Positions 49,759 to 59,434 of a stretch of DNA of 64,000 nucleotides are shown here, piece after piece. The position numbers were made by a program, and so were the translations under genes. The notes beneath the pieces were generated by a model. That model saw only the letters and a list, made by a program, of their open reading frames with translations. It did no database searches and had not been told where the DNA came from. How positions within the stretch are numbered: the stretch's first letter is position 1; the number at the start of each line of letters is the position of its first letter. The DNA is from Chitinophagales bacterium (GTDB lineage Bacteria; Bacteroidota; Bacteroidia; Chitinophagales; Chitinophagaceae), in assembly GCA_038327865.1 (NCBI GenBank), contig JBBQLL010000012.1, forward strand, positions 24,726 through 88,725, written 5' to 3'.

Positions 49759-52449
49759 TTACCGTAATTGTTCTTGCATTCTTCTTACTCTATCCTCTAA
49801 TTTTTCAGATGATAAATTATTGCGATTTAGGCCATCAACTACAATCGGGAAACTCAACGGGGTTAAGCGTTTTGGATACATAATAATAATATGTCCTTGC
49901 TGAATGCGTTGTAAGGCTGTGCGTAAACGTGTTTCTTCCATTTGCTGCGTAAATACTTCGTTGTAAGCTTGGCGAAGTAATAGATTAGTTGGGTCGTACT
50001 CGTTAAAAACCTTAAATAATAAAGAGGCTGATGATTGAAGGTGACGGGCTTTTTTTTGTTCGCCTGGCATACCTTGAAAAATAAGACCACCAATAACTGC
50101 AATATCTCTAAACTTACGGGAAGCCATCTCTACACTGTTTATACTTTTTTGAATATCTGCCACTAAATTATCGCTTGTTAAAAGCTCGTAAATATTACTA
50201 TCATCAACAGGGATTGGCTGGTCGCTAAGCAATTCAAACCCATAATCATTCATAGAAATAGAAAAAGTAATCGGGGTAATTTGCCCAATACGATGCGCCA
50301 ATAAAGCACTTAATGCTTCGTGAACTTGTCGTCCCTCAAACGGATAAACTAATAAGTGAAACCCATCTTTACCTTCAATTTGTTCAACCAATAATTCATT
50401 GGCTTTTGGTATGTGCGATAGCTCAGCCTGCAAAGCAAAAAGCGGTTGTAATGCCGTGAGTTCGGGTGAAAATGAGTTGGCAGTTGGTAGTTGATAGTTG
50501 GCATATGGCGGTTGATTATTGATTATTTTTTCTTCCCTACTCTCCACTAACAATTTCTGACTAACCATTTCCGATTCCTCATTCACTCTACTAAACGTTT
50601 CTCTCAATACATGCCCTAAGTTAGCAGTTAAGCTCATGCGACCACCCATCCAACTTGGAACAATAGATTTTTTAGAATTTGATTTTTTTACAAAAACCGT
50701 CATCTCTTTAATGCTTACCAATTCAACGTTTCTTCCTGCCAATGTAAATACATCACCAGTTTCTAAACGGCTAATAAACCATTCTTCAATTACCCCAATA
50801 TAACCACCACTTATAAACTTTACCTTCATCATCGCATCGCTAACAATGGTACCAATGTGCATGCGGTGCCTCATGGCAGTGCGGCGATTTTTTATCTTGT
50901 AAATACCATCTTCTATCTCTACTTTTTTATATTCATCATATTGTTGTAAGGCTTTACCACCAATGGTTATATGCAGTAAAACCTCGTTAAATTCTTCTTC
51001 ATTTATGTCGCTAAAGCAATAGGTACTTTTTACTTCTTTAAAAATTTGCGCAGCAGTAAAACCCTCACCCACAGCTAGTGTACATAGGTATTGGGTTAAT
51101 ACATCAAAGCATAGCAACATTGGTTCTCTACCTTCAATTAAGTTTTGTTTAATAGCTTGTTTTAATGCTGCAGCTTCTACCAATTCTAATGAGTGCGTGG
51201 GTAGAAAATAAATTTTACTAATATCACCAGGCTTATGACCACTTCTTCCCGCACGTTGTAAAAACCGTGAAACGCCTTTTGGCGAACCCACTTGAATAAC
51301 GGTATCTACTGGGCGAAAATCTACCCCTAAGTCAAGGCTGGCCGTACACACAACCGCTTTTAATTTTTGGGTATGAAGGGCATCCTCAACCCATAAACGC
51401 AATTCCTGCTCAATACTACCATGATGCAAAGCAATTGCACCAGCCAATTGTGGCGCTACATCTAGTAACGTTTGGTACCAACGCTCTGCCATGCCACGGG
51501 TATTTATAAAAATAAGTGTGGTTGTACTTGCCTCTATAATTGGTATAATTTTTTCTGCCAGTTTTATGCCCAAATGCCCAGCCCACGGATACTTTTCAAT
51601 CTCATCAGGAATAATTGAATAGATATCTATTTGCTTATCTAAATTGGCTTTTACAATGATACCTTCATTGGTTATAGGGCTAAGTAATACCTCTTTTGCT
51701 TCTTCCAAATTGCCTATGGTTGCAGAAATGCCCCAAAGAGAAAGTGGATAGTTGTTGGTTGAAGGTTGTTTGTTTTGTGTTGTTTGTTGTTTGTTGCTAA
51801 TTGCTAGTTCTTCGACCTCAACTTGTGACTCTGGACATATAATTTTTGATTGACTAATGATCATTGAACATTGACTATTCACTATTCTTGATAGCGCCAA
51901 CTCAACTTGCACCCCACGTTTGCTGCCAATCAGTTCGTGCCATTCATCAACCGCAATAACACATAGGGTTTTAAGACTTTCGGTATAAGATTTTTGAGCC
52001 AAAAAAAGATGCAGACTTTCGGGTGTAATAATTAATACTTCAGGTATTTGGCGTTTTTGTTTTTGCCGTTCAGAGGTGGTAGTATCGCCATTGCGAATGC
52101 CCACTTTCCATTGCATACCTAGCTCTACAATAACTTCATCCATTGCCCGGCCAATATCTTTTGCTAAAGCACGTAATGGAGTTATCCAAAGTAATTGTAA
52201 ACCATTATTTTTTAGGGATTGATAATCCGTTGGGTGTTGGTTAATAAATTGGATAATGCTGCCCAAATACACCGAGTAGGTTTTGCCACAACCAGTTGGT
52301 GCATTTACCAAACCACTTTTACTATCAATAATATGCTGCCAAGTGTCTGTTTGAAATTGAAATGGCTGAAAGCCTTTATCAGTAAGCCATTGAGAGACAA
52401 TTTTATAGCCGGTTGTATATTGTAATATATGTTGAGGTTGACTGATAAT
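49759..52449 (-). CDS. Ligase-associated DNA-damage-response DEXH helicase (Lhr-like)
   Basis: APTGCGKT, TPLRAL, DEWHE, SAT, LQRAGRSGH, DEAD-associated C-term; the frame stays open 5' of TTG 52311 through a Q-motif (GFQPFQFQ) to a TAA at 52456-58; start uncertain. Confidence 0.88.
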   Translation of the reverse strand: MISQPQHILQYTTGYKIVSQWLTDKGFQPFQFQTDTWQHIIDSKSGLVNAPTGCGKTYSVYLGSIIQFINQHPTDYQSLKNNGLQLLWITPLRALAKDIGRAMDEVIVELGMQWKVGIRNGDTTTSERQKQKRQIPEVLIITPESLHLFLAQKSYTESLKTLCVIAVDEWHELIGSKRGVQVELALSRIVNSQCSMIISQSKIICPESQVEVEELAISNKQQTTQNKQPSTNNYPLSLWGISATIGNLEEAKEVLLSPITNEGIIVKANLDKQIDIYSIIPDEIEKYPWAGHLGIKLAEKIIPIIEASTTTLIFINTRGMAERWYQTLLDVAPQLAGAIALHHGSIEQELRLWVEDALHTQKLKAVVCTASLDLGVDFRPVDTVIQVGSPKGVSRFLQRAGRSGHKPGDISKIYFLPTHSLELVEAAALKQAIKQNLIEGREPMLLCFDVLTQYLCTLAVGEGFTAAQIFKEVKSTYCFSDINEEEFNEVLLHITIGGKALQQYDEYKKVEIEDGIYKIKNRRTAMRHRMHIGTIVSDAMMKVKFISGGYIGVIEEWFISRLETGDVFTLAGRNVELVSIKEMTVFVKKSNSKKSIVPSWMGGRMSLTANLGHVLRETFSRVNEESEMVSQKLLVESREEKIINNQPPYANYQLPTANSFSPELTALQPLFALQAELSHIPKANELLVEQIEGKDGFHLLVYPFEGRQVHEALSALLAHRIGQITPITFSISMNDYGFELLSDQPIPVDDSNIYELLTSDNLVADIQKSINSVEMASRKFRDIAVIGGLIFQGMPGEQKKARHLQSSASLLFKVFNEYDPTNLLLRQAYNEVFTQQMEETRLRTALQRIQQGHIIIMYPKRLTPLSFPIVVDGLNRNNLSSEKLEDRVRRMQEQLR
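50477..50589. repeat. 7-bp-periodic two-arm repeat inserted in-frame in the helicase
   Basis: TTGGCAG TTGGTAG TTGATAG TTGGCAT ATGGCGG TTGATTA TTGATTA, then TCCCTAC TCTCCAC TAACAAT TTCTGAC TAACCAT TTCCGAT TCCTCAT. Confidence 0.8.
51745..51886. repeat. 7-bp-periodic two-arm repeat inserted in-frame in the helicase
   Basis: Nine TTGNNNG-like heptamers (51745-51807) and five GANNATT-like heptamers (51852-51886). Confidence 0.8.
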
Positions 52450-52600
52450 CTGATTTTAAGTAAGTGAAAACCGCTATTTTAAGCTATAAATTTCTTACCA
52501 TTTATGCTTCCCAAAGATGATGTTGAATAATATGCAAAGCGTTGCAGTGTGCGACGCAACGAAGCTAAATGGACAATTGAAAGCTGGCAACACAAAAAAC

Positions 52601-53998
52601 CTATAACATCTTTAAATATTCAATTACAGCTTTACGTTCAATATCAGATAATTTATCTCCAAAAGTATGGCCAATATTGCGATAGCCAGGTAAATCTGTA
52701 TTGTAAACGGTACGTTTTTCGGGAGCATCTACTGACTCGTATTGCCAGCCAATATTAACATAATCGTAGGTAGGTTTTTTGAAGTTACGTTTCCAATATT
52801 GTGGTCGTTTTTTGCTATTTAATAAGGCCTGTAATGTAGGCACAGAGCCATTATGCAGGTAAGGGGCAGTTATCCAAATGCCATCTAATGGCGGTGCGAT
52901 ATAGCCATTGTACGGTTCTAATCTAGCGGGGTTTTTGCCTTGTGCAAACCAACTTTTATTAAACCAATCTATAAACTGTGGATTTTGTTGGTTACCTAAA
53001 AATAACAATGAATCTGTTTTAATAATGGATGCTGGAATTAACAAGTTGGGATACTTGCCATCATCACCATAAGTACCATGGCATTTGCTGCAAGTATTTG
53101 TAAAAATAGTTTTACCTCTTGCTGCTAAAACGTCATCAATTTCTTTTGGATATTTTGGTGGTTTAATTGATTTTATAAACGCTAAAACATCTCCAAAATG
53201 GCTGTTTACTTCGCTTGCTTCGCTGGTATCTTTTACTGTTAAAATATTACTTAGCATTAAGAATTTACCAAAATCGCCCCTGCCAAACCCATTATAAAAC
53301 ATGGCATTTTTTTTCTTTAATAACCACCAAGCTGGCACATCTGTTGGTACTACTTCGTTAGGAATATCTAATATTGTTTTTGGCAACCATTCTAAGGTTT
53401 GTGGGTCACGATGAGCGACTAATAATGTTGCTAATCTATCGGCTGCATTAACGCCTTGTACTTCTGTTTGCATGTAGGGCGCAATAGCAGAAAAAGAGGT
53501 AATGATGGCTTTTGTAGCTTGGTATTGATTAGGCGATATTGTTTGCAGCACTTTACTACCCATATTGTTTAGGTAGCCAGCACCTTTACCAAAGTTGGTA
53601 AAATCTTGAAAGGTATTGCCAAGCCCAACATACAATTTGCCATCAAATTCTTGTGCATGGCATTGCAAACATGTGGGTACTACTACTTCTGTATTATTTT
53701 CACCCCGTACCACATTAAAACCATAGGGTACATTGGCATTTTTGCCAGTACGGTTTAAGTAGTTTTGTTTGTCTTTACCAAAAAATAAGGCAAAATAATT
53801 ATAAGGTAGCCCACTTTTTAAATAATCGCCTGTTATTAAATATTGGTAGCCAATAGCACTATCGCCATTGCGTTGTGGACTTGGTGGAATGACTGTTGGT
53901 TTATCGCCTTCAAATTCATTAGTTTTTTGCATAAATGCAATGCTTGCTGCAATAGCACAACTAAGAAAAATGATGGTAATTAATTGCTTACGAAACAT
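52601..53998 (-). CDS. Exported dihaem c-type cytochrome, RoxA/CCP-MauG-like
   Basis: Two CxxCH motifs (CLQCH, CSKCH); DVPAWW; YIAPPLDGIWITAPYLHNGSVPTL; N..GHTFG C-terminus. Confidence 0.75.
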   Translation of the reverse strand: MFRKQLITIIFLSCAIAASIAFMQKTNEFEGDKPTVIPPSPQRNGDSAIGYQYLITGDYLKSGLPYNYFALFFGKDKQNYLNRTGKNANVPYGFNVVRGENNTEVVVPTCLQCHAQEFDGKLYVGLGNTFQDFTNFGKGAGYLNNMGSKVLQTISPNQYQATKAIITSFSAIAPYMQTEVQGVNAADRLATLLVAHRDPQTLEWLPKTILDIPNEVVPTDVPAWWLLKKKNAMFYNGFGRGDFGKFLMLSNILTVKDTSEASEVNSHFGDVLAFIKSIKPPKYPKEIDDVLAARGKTIFTNTCSKCHGTYGDDGKYPNLLIPASIIKTDSLLFLGNQQNPQFIDWFNKSWFAQGKNPARLEPYNGYIAPPLDGIWITAPYLHNGSVPTLQALLNSKKRPQYWKRNFKKPTYDYVNIGWQYESVDAPEKRTVYNTDLPGYRNIGHTFGDKLSDIERKAVIEYLKML

Positions 53999-54256
53999 AA
54001 TATTTTTAGCTAAAGATGTAAGATACCTAACAGCTAACTAATGTAAAAGTTAAACAATTTCCTCTTTTTTATTACCATAAATCAGTAACATGTTCTTTAG
54101 GTATTTCTAGCTATTTGTCTAATTCGCTTTTCCCCTTTTTTAACTTTTAGTACAATTACTTTAAGAACATTTATATATATTATTTTTAATATAAAAATCT
54201 GATTGCTGCTATGTGATAAATTGGTACTAATTTGTGACTTACCCATAAGTCAATAT

Positions 54257-55453
54257 ATGAAAATAGGTATTGCACACAGTAATCAAACACATTCAAAATC
54301 TGCTGGCATTGAATGTGCCGCTAATGCCTTGGCAAAAGCAGGCATAGAAAAAGCCAATTTTGCATTGGTATTTTGTAGTGGTAAACACGATCCGCATAAA
54401 TTTTTAGAAGGTATTACTTCTGTTTTGGGTAACACCCCTCTTATTGGCGGTTCAAGTATTGGCATTATTACAGAAGATTTTATTGGCTACGAAGGTTTCG
54501 AAGTAGGGGTTACCGTTTTTGCTTCTGATACAGTTTCTTTTACAGTATTCTCACAACCTAGCTTGAACCTAGATGAAAGAAAAGCTGGTGAAGCATTAGG
54601 CAAAAAAATAAACGAAGTAGCCACCGATGCAGCCAAAGCACTATGGATTTTTTATGATTCCTGTAAGCAGCAAAATCCACCACGGCTTAATTTTGCAACT
54701 TGGTTGTTTGAAGGGTTAGAAGCATATTTGCCGAAACACATTGTTTGTGCAGGATCTGGGCTACTGTCGGATATGGAATTGTCTAACACATCTTATCAGT
54801 TTTGTAATAATGAAGTGCTAACACAAAATGTAGTAGCCGTTTTAATTGGGGGATCATGTAATATGTACACCACTATTATGCACGGTTGTAAACCAGCTAG
54901 TGCATACTTAACCATTACCAAAGCAGAAGGGCCAGTGATATTTGAAATAGACAACCGCCCTGCATTGGAAGTAATTGATGAGCTATTGGGCAATAATCAC
55001 CATTTACAATGGAAAGATTTTTCTTTTTTTGTAACCTTGGGTGTTAATAGGGGCGAAAAATTTGGTGAATTTGATGAAAAAGAATATGCTAATCGTCTTT
55101 TATTGGCAGTAGATATTCCAACTAAATCATTAGTGATGTTTGAACCCGATTTAAAAACTGGTGATGAAGTACAATTGATGCGTAGAAGCGTGGATTTGGA
55201 TTATATACAAGTTGGCATTGATGATATTAAAACCCAAATGAAAGAGGCTAAGCCAGTTTTCGCTTTTTACATCAACTGCGCTGGAAGGGCAAAACCTTAT
55301 GCTGGTGGCGAATTTGAAGATGCCGAAGCAGTACAAAAAGGAATAGGCAATATCCCTTTTATGGGTTTTTATTGCGGCGTAGAAGTTGCCAGAGTAAAAA
55401 ATAATTTACAACCACTTGATTGGACAGGTGTGCTTTGTATCATTTCTGAATAA
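54257..55453 (+). CDS. FIST N/C domain sensory protein (NosP-like)
   Basis: PLIGGSSIG, HGCKP, ITKAEGPVIFEIDNRPAL, GDEVQLM, NCAGR, PFMGFYCGVE; no TM segment. Confidence 0.85.
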   Translation: MKIGIAHSNQTHSKSAGIECAANALAKAGIEKANFALVFCSGKHDPHKFLEGITSVLGNTPLIGGSSIGIITEDFIGYEGFEVGVTVFASDTVSFTVFSQPSLNLDERKAGEALGKKINEVATDAAKALWIFYDSCKQQNPPRLNFATWLFEGLEAYLPKHIVCAGSGLLSDMELSNTSYQFCNNEVLTQNVVAVLIGGSCNMYTTIMHGCKPASAYLTITKAEGPVIFEIDNRPALEVIDELLGNNHHLQWKDFSFFVTLGVNRGEKFGEFDEKEYANRLLLAVDIPTKSLVMFEPDLKTGDEVQLMRRSVDLDYIQVGIDDIKTQMKEAKPVFAFYINCAGRAKPYAGGEFEDAEAVQKGIGNIPFMGFYCGVEVARVKNNLQPLDWTGVLCIISE

Positions 55454-55462
55454 AACATCAGT

Positions 55463-56698
55463 ATGGATATTTTGAACAACAATATCATACGCCTTCAAAA
55501 CGAAGTAGCTTATTATAAAAAGCAGTTGAACATCATAGCTGGAAGCGTTGTAAGCCGTGATTATAGGGTGGCTGAAATGAACAATGAAATAAAACAATTA
55601 AAAACAGGCTTTGCCTTATTGGCTGCTTTAAACCAATTTAAATCTGTCACCAATATTGAGGATGTTTACGATCATTTTACCGAACGCATCAATATTGATT
55701 TACAGAATGATTTATCGTTTATTTTACAGCAGGTTCCTCAAATGCTCAATCATTTTGGGGTTCATTTTATCAAGGGTAATTCAAAAGTGGATACCTCTGC
55801 AATGCAGCACCAGCAAGTATATATAGACACTTCATTTATTGAGCAAAAAAAATCCTTACTCTTCAATAGTCAAACCGAGACCACACCATTCATACACCGA
55901 ATGATTCAAACTTTTGGTATACCTTATTTTATCCTTTCGCCTATTATTGTTAACGACCAATTAGTGGCATATATTTTTACAGGCAGAAAAGTAGAAACCG
56001 TGCTTTTTGCATCTTCACGTTTGCTAATACACGATGTACATACCTTGGAAGCAATTGCTGGGGTAATTGCAGCCATCAAAAACCAACATGACCAATTTGA
56101 ATTATTGGTTAAAGAACGCACACGTATTTCAAATGATATGCACGATGATATTGGTGCAGGGCTTACGCAAATAACCCTTATAAGCGAATCAGCTAAACGC
56201 AATACACAAAATAATGCTGAACTAGAAAGTATAGCCATCACCAGCCGCCAACTTGTAAATAGTATGAGTGAAATTATTTGGAGTATGAATAAAGAAAACA
56301 AAACTTTAGGGCAGCAAAATGCATATTTGCGTGAGCAACTGCATAAGCAACTTGAATATGCTGGCGTGGCTTATCAAATTGAATTAACAGAAAGTGGCAA
56401 CAGTATATTGCTAAACAATGAACAAAAACGGAATATTTTACTCATAACAAAAGAGTTGGTAAATAATGCCATAAAATATAGCAAAGCAAAAAATATTAGT
56501 GTACAAAGTAGTTTCAATAATGGCATACTTACCATTGAAGTAAAAGACGATGGAGTTGGTTTTGATACCACTAAAAACTTTAATGGAAATGGATTGAGAA
56601 ACATACAACACCGCATAAAAGAAATGAATGGTAGTATTAATATCTGTGCTTTGCACAATAAAGGCAGCAGCTTTACTTGCTACCTACTACTAAAATAG
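55463..56698 (+). CDS. Soluble sensor histidine kinase (coiled coil + GAF-like + HisKA_3 + HATPase)
   Basis: ERTRISNDMHDDIGAG H-box, KELVNNAIKYS, DDGVGF, GNGLRN; no TM; 9 nt after the FIST gene. Confidence 0.88.
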   Translation: MDILNNNIIRLQNEVAYYKKQLNIIAGSVVSRDYRVAEMNNEIKQLKTGFALLAALNQFKSVTNIEDVYDHFTERINIDLQNDLSFILQQVPQMLNHFGVHFIKGNSKVDTSAMQHQQVYIDTSFIEQKKSLLFNSQTETTPFIHRMIQTFGIPYFILSPIIVNDQLVAYIFTGRKVETVLFASSRLLIHDVHTLEAIAGVIAAIKNQHDQFELLVKERTRISNDMHDDIGAGLTQITLISESAKRNTQNNAELESIAITSRQLVNSMSEIIWSMNKENKTLGQQNAYLREQLHKQLEYAGVAYQIELTESGNSILLNNEQKRNILLITKELVNNAIKYSKAKNISVQSSFNNGILTIEVKDDGVGFDTTKNFNGNGLRNIQHRIKEMNGSINICALHNKGSSFTCYLLLK

Positions 56699-56800
56699 CA
56701 TTGTTTGTTTAGGATTACTCAATTACCAAAGATGTAAAAAAGCGAGTCGTCACTTTGCAATTAGTAACGTTAAGTACACAAAAAAAACTGCGAAATCATT

Positions 56801-58645
56801 ATGCGTACTAAAAAAATAATATTTTTTTTCTTATCAATTTTCAGTTTCACAGCTATTTTATGCAATGTAAATTTGGTAAATCCAAAAGTTATTGAACTTC
56901 GCTTTTTTCAAACAGCAGACCCATTAAATAGATATCAGGCAGCAAATTATTTTAAAGACAATACCACTACAAAAATTGAATCAAATTTTATAAATGCAGG
57001 GTTGGTTAAAAATTTTATATGGGTGCATTGTAAAATAGAATTAACTCAAAATGTAACTGATAATTTTATAATTCTAGATAACCCAAAGCTTAATAAAATA
57101 CAGGCTTATTTTATAGTAGAGAATAGCCTTGTTGATTCACTTACAACAGGTGACTTTTACCCCTTTCAATCACGCAGATTAGCTTATCCAAATTTTAGGT
57201 TTTTGTTACCTAAGCCATCTACTAAAATAGTTGATGTTTATTTTTTTATAGACCATAGAGGCGGTGCATTACAATTGCCCATTCGAGTATTGTCTGAAGA
57301 GAATTTAATTGAATCCGACCAAAAAAATTTATTAAGTACTGGGCTTAAAATGGGCGTATTTATTATTCCTTTTTTCTTTGGCTTTTTTTTGTTTTTTACT
57401 ACAAAAAATAGAACTTATCTTTTATACTCGCTATATATTTTTGTTTCTGCAACATGGCTTATAAGTAGCGATGGATATGGGTTTCAGTATTTATGGCCAT
57501 TATTACCATACTTTAATAATAGAATTAAAGCTGCTTTTGGGGTGCTATCTTCTGGCATGTTTGTAGCATATGCGTTGCAGTTTACAAAACCATATCAACA
57601 ACAAAAATCTTTACTAAGAACCATACTAAAATGGTTGATGTTTTTCTTTTTATTTTGGGGCATCGTTCCTTTGCTACCATTTATTTCAATTAAGTACAAA
57701 GGATCAACACCCATATTCTTATACCTATTTTTTGCTTGTAATATTGTTTGTTCTTTTTTAATGTTGTTTTACTTAGTTAAACTTGTTAAAAAAAACGGTA
57801 CTGCAGTTATATTTTATTTATGTGCAGTTGTTGATGCCATCATTTTTTCTGTATTAGTTGTTGGCTATAATCTTGGTTTTATTAAGCTTACAGTTTCATC
57901 ATCAACGCTAATTAGTATTGGTATCATAATAGACATTGTATTTATGACTTTGGGGCTAGCCTATCAATTCAATCAATACAAACTTGATAAGGAAAAAATG
58001 TTAGTTGACTATTTGGAACAAGAGAAAAATATTAACATCAATATTATTAAAATGCAAGAAGAAGAACGCAAAAGAATTAGCAGAGAAATGCACGACGATA
58101 TTGGAGCTGGTTTAACTAGAATTACAATGATGAGTGAGTCTGCAAGAGTTAAAAAAGAAAATGCCAAAGAACTTAATGAAATAGCTGTGGCATGTAGAAA
58201 AATAGTAGCTAGTTTAAGTGAAATTATTTGGAGTATGCAGCCATCAAACAATAATCTTCAACAACTTTTTATACACATTAAAGAACAGTTGAGTGAATTG
58301 CTAGAATACACTGATATCAATTACTCAATCAACTTTCCTGAAAAATTTATCAATCAAAATTTAGATAGTAACACAACACGCAACATTATTTTAGTGTGTA
58401 AAGAAGTTGTAAATAATGCTGTAAAATACAGCCAATGTACAAGCTTTATGTTTTCGATAAAAATTATAGAAAAAAGTTTTTTGATTGATATTGCAGATAA
58501 TGGCATTGGTTTTAATGTTAAGTCGAAAAACAGTGGTAATGGTTTAAATAATATTCAGTACCGAGTAAAACAAATTGGTGGAATAAGTTCTGTTCAATCA
58601 AACAACAAAGGCAGCATTTTTATTTTTACTATTCCCATAAATTAA
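56801..58645 (+). CDS. 7TM-DISM sensor histidine kinase (DISMED2 + 7TM + HisKA_3 + HATPase)
   Basis: NAGLVKNFIWVH, ILDNPKLNKI, TGDFYPFQSR; GYGFQYLWP; ERKRISREMHDDIGAG; DNGIGF. Confidence 0.88.
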   Translation: MRTKKIIFFFLSIFSFTAILCNVNLVNPKVIELRFFQTADPLNRYQAANYFKDNTTTKIESNFINAGLVKNFIWVHCKIELTQNVTDNFIILDNPKLNKIQAYFIVENSLVDSLTTGDFYPFQSRRLAYPNFRFLLPKPSTKIVDVYFFIDHRGGALQLPIRVLSEENLIESDQKNLLSTGLKMGVFIIPFFFGFFLFFTTKNRTYLLYSLYIFVSATWLISSDGYGFQYLWPLLPYFNNRIKAAFGVLSSGMFVAYALQFTKPYQQQKSLLRTILKWLMFFFLFWGIVPLLPFISIKYKGSTPIFLYLFFACNIVCSFLMLFYLVKLVKKNGTAVIFYLCAVVDAIIFSVLVVGYNLGFIKLTVSSSTLISIGIIIDIVFMTLGLAYQFNQYKLDKEKMLVDYLEQEKNININIIKMQEEERKRISREMHDDIGAGLTRITMMSESARVKKENAKELNEIAVACRKIVASLSEIIWSMQPSNNNLQQLFIHIKEQLSELLEYTDINYSINFPEKFINQNLDSNTTRNIILVCKEVVNNAVKYSQCTSFMFSIKIIEKSFLIDIADNGIGFNVKSKNSGNGLNNIQYRVKQIGGISSVQSNNKGSIFIFTIPIN

Positions 58646-58659
58646 TACTACTTTTTTCA
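58646..58659 (+). promoter_or_regulatory. Candidate operator (copy 1 of TACTACTTTTTTCA)
   Basis: Identical 14-mer also at 62907-62920; lies between the kinase stop and the regulator start. Confidence 0.4.
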
Positions 58660-58696
58660 TACTAAATGGTAAATCATAACACTTCAAATTTGTATA

Positions 58697-59326
58697 ATGA
58701 AAATCGATTCAATTGCTATTATAGAAGATGATGAAAAGGTGAGAAATTATTTAGCCGAACAAATTCAATTGCATATTGATGTTAAAGAATTACGCTTGTT
58801 TGGCGATGCTGAATCAGCATTAATTCAGCTTACTGCAAACCCAGTTGTTATTGCCTTATTTGATGTGAATTTGCCCAAGATGAGTGGTATTGATTGCATA
58901 CAAAGATTAAAAATGTTGCATCCAAAAATGCAAATGATGGTGCTTACCGTGTTTGATGATAACGATAATATTTTTAGTGCATTAAAAGCCGGTGCCGTAA
59001 GCTATTTACTTAAAAGTACACAACCCGAAAAAATAATTGAAGCCATAGAAGATGTATATAAAGGGGGCTCACCTATAAGCAGTCAAATTGCAAGAAAAGT
59101 GATAGATGCTTTTTCTCTAAAAGAAAAAACGAACGAATATTTCCAAGACCTTAGTAGAAGAGAGCAAGAGATTTTAGAGCAGCTTAGTAAAGGCTATCGC
59201 TACAAAGAAATTGCCGATAAACTGTATGTAAGTTTAGAAACTGTAAGAACCCATACAAGAAATATTTACGAAAAATTACAAGTAAACAGTAGGGTTGAAG
59301 CCTTAAAGAAAACTGGCTTTATATAA
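58697..59326 (+). CDS. NarL/LuxR-family response regulator
   Basis: Receiver IIEDD...FDVNLPKMSGI...LTV...GAVSYLLKS; HTH LSRREQEIL...GYRYKEIADKLYVSLETVRTH. Confidence 0.95.
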   Translation: MKIDSIAIIEDDEKVRNYLAEQIQLHIDVKELRLFGDAESALIQLTANPVVIALFDVNLPKMSGIDCIQRLKMLHPKMQMMVLTVFDDNDNIFSALKAGAVSYLLKSTQPEKIIEAIEDVYKGGSPISSQIARKVIDAFSLKEKTNEYFQDLSRREQEILEQLSKGYRYKEIADKLYVSLETVRTHTRNIYEKLQVNSRVEALKKTGFI

Positions 59327-59434
59327 ATCATCCCCATAAGAATAGTCAATTTATAGCAACCCTAATATTCCCCAAAAGTAATATTAGCTACCACTTTATT
59401 GTTTAATATATTCTTAAATTATAAAAATTATTTT

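Noticed and set aside
52549-52758. Small + strand ORF near the helicase promoter
   Set aside because: Overlaps the cytochrome gene 3' end, weak start, no coding signal
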